DNA of 64,000 bases. It comes from Candidatus Saccharimonadales bacterium (lineage in GTDB: Bacteria; Patescibacteriota; Saccharimonadia; Saccharimonadales; JACDFO01). A program made the position numbers and the translations under genes. The notes below the pieces were generated by a model. That model had not been told where the DNA came from. It did not search any database and saw only the letters and a program-made list of their open reading frames with translations. The DNA lies in assembly GCA_038255465.1 (NCBI GenBank), contig JBBSLJ010000004.1, positions 6-64,005 of the forward strand. Reading direction: 5' to 3'. Positions 8,120 through 16,854 of this stretch are shown here, in pieces (the first letter of the stretch is position 1; each line of letters begins with the position of its first letter).

Positions 8120-8794
8120 TTATATCTTCCGGGAGATTTTAATAAGTCGATTAATTGCCGTAAGCCACGAGAGTAGAGCAATAAAAGCAATAGCAATCAC
8201 GAGCCCGTTCATACCAAACAGCAAACCGACCACAAGGGCAAACATGCGAATTTCAAACCTCATAAAACCATCCTGAAACAACCGATTTATTTCGTTTGCC
8301 GTAAGTTTGCTATTGGTAACGGCCGTTTCTCCTTTTGCCTTAACATATGAGACTAAGACGGATCCGCCCGCAGCAGCAACAGTCAGCGCTATAACGTGCT
8401 CGAGCAAGAGTGTCTCCGGCATAAAGAGCTGCTCGGTTGTACGCACATAACGTTCGACAAAATAAAAACTGATACCCATATAGAGCATAATTTCTTTCAT
8501 CCGATCGGTCACTGCATCAAGCAGCATGCCCGCCGATGATGCCCGTTTTTGCAACCGAGCCAGTTCGCCGTCAAGCGTGTCAAACAGTCCAAAAATCACC
8601 AAAAGCAGTGCTGCCAAGGGCAGATAGCCTTTTGCGATTAACAACGCAATCGGTACATGCATGAACAACCCGACGATTGTTACTAGAGATGGGGACAAGT
8701 TGCCGCCCGTAGCCCGATTAAGTCCCTTGGCAATTTGTCGCATAAAAGCCTTAACTATCTCGCGGCATGCATCAAGAAGCTTAGTCATTAACAA
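8120..8794 (-). CDS. CDP-alcohol phosphatidyltransferase
   Basis: Complete family motif DTLDGELARLQKRASSAGMLLDAVTD (D-x2-DG-x2-AR-x8-G-x3-D-x3-D); polytopic. Confidence 0.9.
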   Translation of the reverse strand: MLMTKLLDACREIVKAFMRQIAKGLNRATGGNLSPSLVTIVGLFMHVPIALLIAKGYLPLAALLLVIFGLFDTLDGELARLQKRASSAGMLLDAVTDRMKEIMLYMGISFYFVERYVRTTEQLFMPETLLLEHVIALTVAAAGGSVLVSYVKAKGETAVTNSKLTANEINRLFQDGFMRFEIRMFALVVGLLFGMNGLVIAIAFIALLSWLTAINRLIKISRKI

Positions 8795-8831
8795 TAAGTA
8801 TACCTTACAGTTAACTTGTTATACTTACGTT

Positions 8832-9530
8832 ATGGCTAAGATGAAAAAGCGGGTGGTGGAGCCCGGGCTAACGCGTTACCAGCGGGTGGCGGCAGCTCTG
8901 GTTGTTTCTAATCTTGCAAGCGTGGTGCTGTTTTTAATACGCGTAGATCAGGCGGGGAACATTCGTTATTGGTTTTTGCTATGGAACCTGGTTTTGGCCT
9001 GGGTACCGCTCGGTCTTGTGTTGCTGCTTAGAAAGCGGCTTAAAAATACACGTTGGCTGACATGGAAAAACATCGTACTTACAGTATTCTGGCTTGGTTT
9101 TTTACCTAACAGCTTTTATTTGGTCAGCGACCTTATACATATCCGCCGCACAGGGGAGGTGAGCGTGTTATTTGACGTCGTCATGTTCATGAGTTTTATT
9201 TTTAACGGGCTAGTTGCCGGTTTTTCTAGTGTTTATATAATGCACGTTACGTTGCTTAAACGAATCCGCCGCGACTATGTATATGGAATTATTACAGCCG
9301 TGTTTTTACTGTGCAGTTTTGCAATTTATCTTGGCCGCGATTTGCGCTGGAACACCTGGGACATACTGGTAAATCCGGCCGGAATTCTGTTTGATGTGTC
9401 CGAACGTGTAATCAATCCGCTGACTCATTCTGAAGCGTTCGGTATTACTGCACTGTTCTTTGTGCTTCTCGGCAGCATGTATATTGTCACCTGGCAGTTT
9501 GTGGCTGCCCTCCGTAACACCGATATCTAA
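8832..9530 (+). CDS. Polytopic membrane protein (DUF1361-like)
   Basis: About 6 TM segments; LPNSFYLVSDLIHIRR resembles the DUF1361 signature (from memory); ATG 8832 chosen because the upstream ORF part overlaps the divergent gene. Confidence 0.6.
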   Translation: MAKMKKRVVEPGLTRYQRVAAALVVSNLASVVLFLIRVDQAGNIRYWFLLWNLVLAWVPLGLVLLLRKRLKNTRWLTWKNIVLTVFWLGFLPNSFYLVSDLIHIRRTGEVSVLFDVVMFMSFIFNGLVAGFSSVYIMHVTLLKRIRRDYVYGIITAVFLLCSFAIYLGRDLRWNTWDILVNPAGILFDVSERVINPLTHSEAFGITALFFVLLGSMYIVTWQFVAALRNTDI

Positions 9531-9549
9531 TCTGTTATACTCTAGCATA

Positions 9550-11238
9550 ATGGAAGAGATTAGTTTTGCTATTAAAGACGTGTGCAAAAAGTTATTCGAC
9601 ATTGATGTCGAAGTGATACTAACGCGGCCTGATGAACAATTTGGCGATTATGCAACCAATGTAGCTTTGCAAATCAGCAAGCAGCTCGGCAAAAATCCCC
9701 GCGAAATTGCTGAAGCAATAACGGCCGAGTTATCGCACGAAGCAGTTGAAGAAGTTGGTATTGCGGGTCCTGGCTTTATAAACATTCGCGTGAGCCACAA
9801 GACGCTGTATACATGGCTTCAAAAGGGCATAGATGAAGCGCCAAACGGTGTGTATGGAGCTACAAAGCTCGGAAGTGGCCGCACGGTAATTTGTGAGTTT
9901 CCAAGCCCGAATATGGCCAAAGCGTTTAGTGTTGGTCACATACGATCGGCCTTGCAAGGTTGGGCTATGTATAAGCTCATGAGCTTACACGGTTATAAAG
10001 TGGTGACGGATAACCATGTGGGTGACAGTGGAACTCCGTTTGGGAAATGGGTAGTTGGCTTTTTGCACTACAGTTCAAATGAACAGCTCTCAAAAGACGG
10101 TATTAATGAACTGGCCCGCATTTATATCGCCATCACTGCGGATATTAAAGCAGAAAAAGAAGCCGGCAAGCTTGCACTAGCCGAAGAGGTACAGTCATGG
10201 CTGCAAAAACTTGAAGCAAGAGATCCAGAGGCGGTTGCTTACAGCGAACGCTTCAACAAGATATCGTTTGATCATATGCATCACGTAATGGAACGACTTG
10301 GTATTAGCACCGAGCTCGAGCTGGGTGAGTCCTACTATGTTGCTCGCGGCCAAGAAATGACAGATGAGTTACTTCAAAAAGGTATAGCTGAAGAAAGTGA
10401 CGGGGCTATTATCGTCCGACTCGATGAAAAGAGCATAGAGACTCCCGTTATGTTACGAAAGGCCAACGGTACTTCGCTCTACGCCACGACGGATCTTGCA
10501 ACTATTGAGTACCGGGAGCAGAACTTCCACCCAGAAAAGGTGTTTATTCATACCGGGCAAGAGCAAGCGTTCTATTTCACGCAGCTTAATGCTCTGGCAG
10601 AAAAAGCTAGCTTCAACCCAGTAATTAATCATCTCTGGCATGGGTTAGTAGATCAAAAGACCGAAGATGGCAAGCGAGAGAAGATGAGCTCACGTAAAGG
10701 AGTGGTGCTACTTGAAGAGTTTTTGAATCACGCCGAAGCCAAAGCAGCCGAACATAACAAAGAAGGCTCAGAGGCAGATACCAAGGCGGTTGCGCTCGGG
10801 GCTGTTAAGTTCGCTGATTTTACAGCCGACCGTAAAAATGGCGTCTTGTTCGATTGGGAATCAATGTTCAGTGTCCAAGGTTTTTCGGGGCCAGCAGTGC
10901 AGTATGCTACGGTTAGAATTAAAAGCATTCGCAGCAAGGTACACGAAGAATCAGAAGATGTTTCATTATATGATTGGCAAGATGAACACGGCTTATTGCT
11001 CAGCCTAATAGACTATCCAAAGCTACTCCGTGAATTACATGACAGCTATGAACTGCACAAACTTGCAGCATATCTGTATGATCTAGCCCGGTCCTTCAAC
11101 CGCTACTACGAAGAGCATCGTATTCTTGACGCTCCCGAGCCAGAGCGCAGTGCAAAACTTTGGTTAATCGGTGTAGTGCAGACAGTTCTTGAACAGGGAT
11201 TAGATCTACTGGGTATTCCCACCCCGGAACGAATGTGA
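9550..11238 (+). CDS. argS: Arginyl-tRNA synthetase
   Basis: Class I core with PSPNMAKAFSVGHIRS, DALR-type C-terminal domain, protein ends ...PERM as ArgRS typically does. Confidence 0.95.
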   Translation: MEEISFAIKDVCKKLFDIDVEVILTRPDEQFGDYATNVALQISKQLGKNPREIAEAITAELSHEAVEEVGIAGPGFINIRVSHKTLYTWLQKGIDEAPNGVYGATKLGSGRTVICEFPSPNMAKAFSVGHIRSALQGWAMYKLMSLHGYKVVTDNHVGDSGTPFGKWVVGFLHYSSNEQLSKDGINELARIYIAITADIKAEKEAGKLALAEEVQSWLQKLEARDPEAVAYSERFNKISFDHMHHVMERLGISTELELGESYYVARGQEMTDELLQKGIAEESDGAIIVRLDEKSIETPVMLRKANGTSLYATTDLATIEYREQNFHPEKVFIHTGQEQAFYFTQLNALAEKASFNPVINHLWHGLVDQKTEDGKREKMSSRKGVVLLEEFLNHAEAKAAEHNKEGSEADTKAVALGAVKFADFTADRKNGVLFDWESMFSVQGFSGPAVQYATVRIKSIRSKVHEESEDVSLYDWQDEHGLLLSLIDYPKLLRELHDSYELHKLAAYLYDLARSFNRYYEEHRILDAPEPERSAKLWLIGVVQTVLEQGLDLLGIPTPERM

Positions 11239-11780
11239 GAGTAGTTATTGTACCGGGCTATGGTGATCGGTCAGATTACCTAGAGCGGGCCGCGCAAAAC
11301 TGGGGTGAACGTTTTGGCTTAGAGCCGGAAATAGTTGTATTCGGCTGGAACGGCGTGGGCAAAAGCTACGATGAAAAATGGAACAGGTTTTCTCAGACAA
11401 TCCAAGAGATGGGGGAAGTGGCTATTATCGGCATAAGCGCGGGGGCAAGCGCAGCAGTTCGTGCGTTGCAGACTCACCCTGACCTGGTAAAAAAGGTTAT
11501 TACAATCTGCGGACCGGTGCACAAAAGCCTTATGAACCCAAAGACCCTGCACAACGAGTATCCCGTACTGGAACAGTCGCTTGAGAGACTTACCCTTAAA
11601 AACTTGCCGTCCGAGCGGGTTATGACGTTGCGTCCTCTGTATGACAACGTGGTAGATATCGAGGCAATGCGCATTGATGGGGCGCATGACAAACGCATGC
11701 TGGTGACGCACCATACTTTTAGTATCGTCTGGGCAATGTATATTAATGCCAACCGGATGGCTAAATTTATTAACAGCTAG
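11235..11780 (+). CDS. Alpha/beta-hydrolase-fold protein
   Basis: Nucleophile elbow GISAG; GTG start overlaps the argS stop (GTGA). Confidence 0.65.
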   Translation: MRVVIVPGYGDRSDYLERAAQNWGERFGLEPEIVVFGWNGVGKSYDEKWNRFSQTIQEMGEVAIIGISAGASAAVRALQTHPDLVKKVITICGPVHKSLMNPKTLHNEYPVLEQSLERLTLKNLPSERVMTLRPLYDNVVDIEAMRIDGAHDKRMLVTHHTFSIVWAMYINANRMAKFINS

Positions 11781-11812
11781 GCGGATATTCAAGTACAATA
11801 GCCTTAAGTACA

Positions 11813-13294
11813 ATGAAGTCGGCACTAATTTTATACCCAAACCAGCTTTTCCCATTTGAAGCGCTTCCCAAAGTTGACGTGGTGGTATTGGTTGAGGACC
11901 CGTTGTTTTTTGGCGTAGATCCGGATCATCAGATGCGGCTACATAAGCAGAAGCTAATTCTGCACCGGGCCAGCATGCGCCGCTATGCCCAAGAAGTTTT
12001 ATATCCAAACGGTCTAGAAGTGGATTATGTTGAGCTGGACGTATTTATGTCTAGCGGCGACGTACTAGAGCGAGTAAAAAAGTTTGATAAATGTTACGTG
12101 TTTGACCCGATCTATGATGAACTGACAAACAGACTTTTAGCCGCTAGACGCGAGCGGGGAGATGGCTTGGCGCTAGAATTTTTACAATCTCCCAACTTTT
12201 ATTTAACGGATCAGGAAGTAAGACAATACTTTGCTGATAAACATGAAAGAGTGTTCGCTGATTTTTATAAATGGCAACGCGAACGGTTTAATATTTTAAT
12301 TGACGAGCATTACAAACCGGTAGGCGGCGCCTGGAGTTTTGAGGGCGAGGCGCAAGAGGTGAAATTGCCAAAAGACCAGGCGCTGCCAAGTTTTGGTGCC
12401 TATGGTGACAATAAATTTGTTCAGGACGCCATTAAGCACGTCGAGGAGCACTTTCCGAACAATCCAGGGAGTACGGATTTTATCTGGCCAACTAATCATC
12501 AGGAGGCAAAACAGTGGCTTGATGATTTTATCGATCAGCGCCTGAGCCTCTTTGGTGTCTACCCGGGCACACTAAATGGACAAGCGGCCTGGTTATATCA
12601 TAGTGCCCTCAGTATGAGTCTGAACACGGGATTACTGAGTCCTAAACAGGTAATAGAATCAGTCATAGAGCGAGACAAAAAAGAGCCGATTGGGCTGCCA
12701 AGTCTTGAAGGTTTTATACGCCAGATTTTGGGCTGGCGTGAGTTTACACGCGGCGAGTACGTTACGCGCGGCACGCAAATGCAAAAAAGTAATCCGTTTA
12801 AACAGCAGCGCAGGCTTACAACTGCCTGGTACAGCGGAACCATTGGTATTCCGCCGTTTGACGACATCGCTAAAAAGGTTACTGCCCGTGGCTATCTGCA
12901 CCACAACGAACGCCTGATGATAGCAGCCAACCTTATGACGCTGTGCGAAATTCACCCCGACGATGTTTATAAGTGGTGCAGTGAACTGTTTGTCGACGCC
13001 TATGATTGGGCGGTCATTCCAAACACCTATGGCATCGGACAATTTGCCGAAACGGCCGTGCCGTATATTAGTGCTGCCAGCGGCGTACTTAGTCTGAGTG
13101 ATTATGAGCGCGGTCTTTGGTCAGACGTGTGGGACGGCCTGTACTGGCGCTTTATAGAGAAAAACAGCGAGCTTATTAAACATAATCCGAAGCTGCGGCC
13201 AATGATTCAACGCCTTAACCGACTCGACCCGGACCATCGGCGCATTATCAGTTACCGCGCCGAAGATTTTCTAGCTAAATTTACGCTGCTGTAA
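11813..13294 (+). CDS. Cryptochrome/photolyase-related protein (COG3046 / FeS-BCP-like) lacking the Fe-S cysteines
   Basis: LILYPNQLF N-terminus, GWREFTRGEY, GYLHHNERLM, VDAYDW blocks typical of the family; only three Cys in the whole protein. Confidence 0.8.
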   Translation: MKSALILYPNQLFPFEALPKVDVVVLVEDPLFFGVDPDHQMRLHKQKLILHRASMRRYAQEVLYPNGLEVDYVELDVFMSSGDVLERVKKFDKCYVFDPIYDELTNRLLAARRERGDGLALEFLQSPNFYLTDQEVRQYFADKHERVFADFYKWQRERFNILIDEHYKPVGGAWSFEGEAQEVKLPKDQALPSFGAYGDNKFVQDAIKHVEEHFPNNPGSTDFIWPTNHQEAKQWLDDFIDQRLSLFGVYPGTLNGQAAWLYHSALSMSLNTGLLSPKQVIESVIERDKKEPIGLPSLEGFIRQILGWREFTRGEYVTRGTQMQKSNPFKQQRRLTTAWYSGTIGIPPFDDIAKKVTARGYLHHNERLMIAANLMTLCEIHPDDVYKWCSELFVDAYDWAVIPNTYGIGQFAETAVPYISAASGVLSLSDYERGLWSDVWDGLYWRFIEKNSELIKHNPKLRPMIQRLNRLDPDHRRIISYRAEDFLAKFTLL

Positions 13295-13295
13295 T

Positions 13296-14621
13296 ATGGA
13301 ATACTTATTTACGCTGCTAGAAATTGTCGCCCGTGGTGGGGGTGGCGGCTCAGGTGGCGGCGGGGGAGGCGGTGGCGGCGGATTGTTCGTACTTTGGTAC
13401 TACTTTGTCGCATACACCTGCCAAACGCTTATGAAACTGCTAAAGCCCTTGAACTATGTCGTTACCTTTATTTTTGCTACCTTTGTTACTATCGCTCCAT
13501 TATTTTTGGGGCTAGGCTTCTTCGGTTTTATTACTGCTTCCGTTGCTGCTCTCGGAGCCTGGATGGGTGCAACCGGCCGTTTGAGGGCCATGCATAAATA
13601 TTTGAAAGAACACGTACGCATCAAGCATAAACTGCACGCGGCGGCACAAACTGATAGCCAATGGAATTGGGACCAAATCAAGCCCGATATTGAAAAGCTT
13701 TTTTATCAATTCCAAAACGACTGGAGCGCATTAGATCTTGAGAAAATGAAGGCCTATATAACTCCTGAGTATCATCAAAAAATGCAGCTACTATTGGGCG
13801 CTTTGAGTTCAATGAACAGACAAAATATCATGCATAATGTCAAAATTCTTCAGCTAGTGCCAACTTCTTTCAATGATTCACCGCATAATGACCAGGACGA
13901 TGTATTGGTCGTAACAATCGAAGCAAAAGCAGATGACCAGCTTGTTGAGGCTAACCAGGAGCTGTACGTTGACAACGACAAGTTTATAGAACACTGGCAT
14001 TTTCGGCGTGATCCTACGGACACTCGATGGCTATTAAGTACTATTGAGCAAGAAACCCGCACCAAAGCGCTCGAAAGCTCCAAGCTTCAGGGTTTTGCCG
14101 GAGCTTACCGCTTTTTCTACTCTGGTGATTTTGGCTGGCTACTTATGCCCAAGCGCGGCCAGCTATTTTCAAAAGCAACTTTCAAAAACTCCGACGTTAA
14201 TAGCCATGTGATAGGAGTATATCGCGATGTTCTGGTGCAATTTTACAAATACATACCCCAGAAGAAGCGTAATGAGATGACCGGCTATACCATCGCCCAG
14301 GCTGTGTTGCCTAAAACGTACGGCAATATTGTGGTCAGGCGGCGTCATACCTGGTCGTTTGGCATCAAGGGGCTCACCAAAATTGAACTTGAATGGGGTG
14401 ACTTTAATAAAACCTATGAAGTGTTCGCAAGCGACCTAGAGCGCGTTACAAGTTTAGAGTTGTTGCACCCGGCGTTTATGGTCAAATTGTACGAGCTGCC
14501 ATTTAAAACCAACATCGAAATTGTAGATAATATCGTCTACTTCTATACCAGTGATATGTCGGCTGATTATGACGTGTTGTTAAAACTCTTGCACGAAGCT
14601 TTCGACGAAATGAAAATGTAA
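13296..14621 (+). CDS. Membrane protein with Gly tract, three TM segments and Tim44-like domain
   Basis: GGGGGSGGGGGGGGGG, hydrophobic segments, then WDQIKPDIEKLFYQFQNDWSALDLEKMKAYITPEYHQKM resembling bacterial Tim44-like domains. Confidence 0.7.
   Translation: MEYLFTLLEIVARGGGGGSGGGGGGGGGGLFVLWYYFVAYTCQTLMKLLKPLNYVVTFIFATFVTIAPLFLGLGFFGFITASVAALGAWMGATGRLRAMHKYLKEHVRIKHKLHAAAQTDSQWNWDQIKPDIEKLFYQFQNDWSALDLEKMKAYITPEYHQKMQLLLGALSSMNRQNIMHNVKILQLVPTSFNDSPHNDQDDVLVVTIEAKADDQLVEANQELYVDNDKFIEHWHFRRDPTDTRWLLSTIEQETRTKALESSKLQGFAGAYRFFYSGDFGWLLMPKRGQLFSKATFKNSDVNSHVIGVYRDVLVQFYKYIPQKKRNEMTGYTIAQAVLPKTYGNIVVRRRHTWSFGIKGLTKIELEWGDFNKTYEVFASDLERVTSLELLHPAFMVKLYELPFKTNIEIVDNIVYFYTSDMSADYDVLLKLLHEAFDEMKM
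13335..13382 (+). repeat. GGN codon tract encoding G5-S-G10
   Basis: 16 consecutive GGN/TCA codons read directly. Confidence 0.9.
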
Positions 14622-14677
14622 CTGGCATTTTTCAGCCCTACGCGTACAATTTAGTGTGCGTCAAATAGTGAGATTTT

Positions 14678-15892
14678 ATGTTACAAACCGCACAGGAACT
14701 TATAAAAAAAACCGCAAAACATCTGAATTTGTCAGATGAAGATACCGAATTTTTACTCAAGGCTAATGCCGAGCACGTCTTTGAGATCGAGCTGAGTACA
14801 GGAAGTAAGCTCAATGCGTATCGTGTCCAACATAACAATACGCTGGGACCATACAAGGGTGGAATCCGTTTTCATCCGGACGTTAACTTAGACGAGGTCA
14901 AAGCACTGGCGACGCTTATGAGCCTCAAAACGGCAGCAGCTGGTTTGCCGCTGGGCGGAGGAAAGGGTGGCGTGGCGGTTAATCCAAAAACGCTGTCAGC
15001 AGCTGAGCTAGAAGAACTATCACGCAAATACGCGGCACATTTGGCTGAGCATATTGGGCCGGACAAAGATGTACCAGCACCAGACGTAAACACCAATGCC
15101 ACCATTATTGACTGGATGGTTGATGAGTTCGAGAAACTGACGGGGGATACATCAAAAGCCTCATTTACCGGTAAGTCGATCGCCAAAGGTGGCAGTGAGG
15201 GTAGAGAGGCTGCAACGGGCCTAGGCGGCATTTTTGCACTCAGAGAAGTCTTGAAACACCAAGGCAGCGACAAAAAACCGTTGACTATCGCAATACAGGG
15301 CTTTGGAAACGTTGGACTCTTTTTTGGGACGCAACTGGCGGACTATCTGCCCGACTTACTTCTGACAGCTACCAGTGACAGCAGCGGCGGAACGGCTTCA
15401 GCTTTTGGATTTGATCCGAAAGAGCTAGCCGCCTACAAACAAGCAGGGAATAAACTTGTAGAGTTTAGCGATGAAGACAGCATTGCACTTGAAGCCGAAA
15501 ACATCCTATATGAAGAAGTCGACATATTAGTACTTGCTGCGCTCGGGGACGTTATTACCGGGGAGAATATGAACCGGGTGCGTGCCAAAATTATCCTAGA
15601 ACTTGCCAATGGGCCGTTAAACGAAGAGGCTTACGAATACCTTACAAAAAAAGGCGTGTTCATTATTCCGGATGTCTTAGCTAACGCCGGCGGTGTTATC
15701 GTCAGCTATCTTGAATGGCTGCAGAATAAGCAGGGAGAGCATTGGAGCGAAGAACGGGTAAATAGTGAGCTTGAGGCATATATGGAAGCAGCTATGACGG
15801 CCGCGCTCAAATACAGCCAGGAACATACGGTGCCACTTAAAGAAGCGGCCTTTGCGCTCGCCATTACACGCATTTTAGCGGCCAGAGTGTAG
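14678..15892 (+). CDS. gdh: Glutamate dehydrogenase (Glu/Leu/Phe/Val dehydrogenase family)
   Basis: GPYKGGIRFHP and GGGKGG motifs, Rossmann GFGNVG. Confidence 0.93.
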   Translation: MLQTAQELIKKTAKHLNLSDEDTEFLLKANAEHVFEIELSTGSKLNAYRVQHNNTLGPYKGGIRFHPDVNLDEVKALATLMSLKTAAAGLPLGGGKGGVAVNPKTLSAAELEELSRKYAAHLAEHIGPDKDVPAPDVNTNATIIDWMVDEFEKLTGDTSKASFTGKSIAKGGSEGREAATGLGGIFALREVLKHQGSDKKPLTIAIQGFGNVGLFFGTQLADYLPDLLLTATSDSSGGTASAFGFDPKELAAYKQAGNKLVEFSDEDSIALEAENILYEEVDILVLAALGDVITGENMNRVRAKIILELANGPLNEEAYEYLTKKGVFIIPDVLANAGGVIVSYLEWLQNKQGEHWSEERVNSELEAYMEAAMTAALKYSQEHTVPLKEAAFALAITRILAARV

Positions 15893-15997
15893 TAGCCTCG
15901 AGACTCATAGCTCTGCAGGATTAGCGGGCAAGTGTTACCTCCCATAGTTTCGTCGTATACTACATACAAGACAATAAATAACAGGAGTTCTACCGGA

Positions 15998-16414
15998 ATG
16001 TCTAAAGAGAAAGAACTGACTAAGGCAGAGGTATTAAAACGGGTAGAGGCGGCCAGAGAGCAACTAGAGGAGATACAACCTCAAAAGATTAAGAGACATC
16101 TAAGCGGGTTTACGGACTTTGTCCGAAGACAAGGGGTCGTCGCTTTGGCTGTCGGTCTGGCAATCGGTACCCAGGCTTCAGAACTGGTTAAAAATATGGT
16201 TAACAGCCTCATTACGCCAATAGTTGATCTGCTGGTCGGCAAGGAGGGCTTGCGTGGCCTGACCTGGACAGTAGAAATAGGTGATCGCGTTGCAACCTTT
16301 AATTTCGGATTGTTTATTGATTCGATAATAAAATTCATGGCGGTGGCATTTGTTATCTATGTAGTTATTATGGGCTTAAAGCTCGACAAACTTGATAAAA
16401 AGAAAGAGAGTTAA
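15998..16414 (+). CDS. mscL: Large-conductance mechanosensitive channel
   Basis: FVRRQGVVALAVGLAIG TM1 signature; AGGAG at 15983-15987 upstream of ATG 15998. Confidence 0.9.
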   Translation: MSKEKELTKAEVLKRVEAAREQLEEIQPQKIKRHLSGFTDFVRRQGVVALAVGLAIGTQASELVKNMVNSLITPIVDLLVGKEGLRGLTWTVEIGDRVATFNFGLFIDSIIKFMAVAFVIYVVIMGLKLDKLDKKKES

Positions 16415-16825
16415 ATGCAGCTATCTGAAGAAGAATGGAAGAAAAAACTCACTCCCGAGCAATATCAGGTTATGCGGCAGAAGGGCACAGAAGCACCCTT
16501 TAGTGGCGAGTTTGTCCTGCCCGGCCGTAACGGTTCATTCAGTTGCGTCGCTTGTGGTAATGTTCTGTTTAAAAGCGAAACACAATACGAATCAAAATTA
16601 TCCGGGCTAATTGGATGGCCGAGCTTTGCTGATGTGGCTCAGTCTGATTCGGTTGACCTGGTAGATGACGCTAGCCTAGGTATGAAACGTACGGAGGTGC
16701 TGTGTAAAAAGTGTGGTAGTCATCTGGGCCATGTATTCAATGGTGACAGCGATTCGCCAACGGGCAAACACTATTGCATCAACTCGGTATGTCTTAGCGT
16801 AACTTCAGAAGAGAAAAACAACTAA
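16415..16825 (+). CDS. msrB: Peptide-methionine (R)-S-oxide reductase
   Basis: CVACG ... CKKCGSHLGHVF ... HYCINS motifs. Confidence 0.95.
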   Translation: MQLSEEEWKKKLTPEQYQVMRQKGTEAPFSGEFVLPGRNGSFSCVACGNVLFKSETQYESKLSGLIGWPSFADVAQSDSVDLVDDASLGMKRTEVLCKKCGSHLGHVFNGDSDSPTGKHYCINSVCLSVTSEEKNN

Positions 16826-16854
16826 ATTTCCAGTATACTAAGCGTAACAACCTT

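Noticed and set aside
11319-12008. 229-aa minus-strand ORF spanning the hydrolase and photolyase-like genes
   Set aside because: It crosses an intergenic boundary between two well-supported plus-strand genes. The translation has no recognisable features, so it is most likely a shadow ORF.
13335-13382. Gly-codon tract as a phase-variable simple sequence repeat
   Set aside because: The tract mixes GGT, GGC, GGG, GGA and TCA codons and is not a homopolymer or perfect short tandem repeat, so slipped-strand switching is unlikely.
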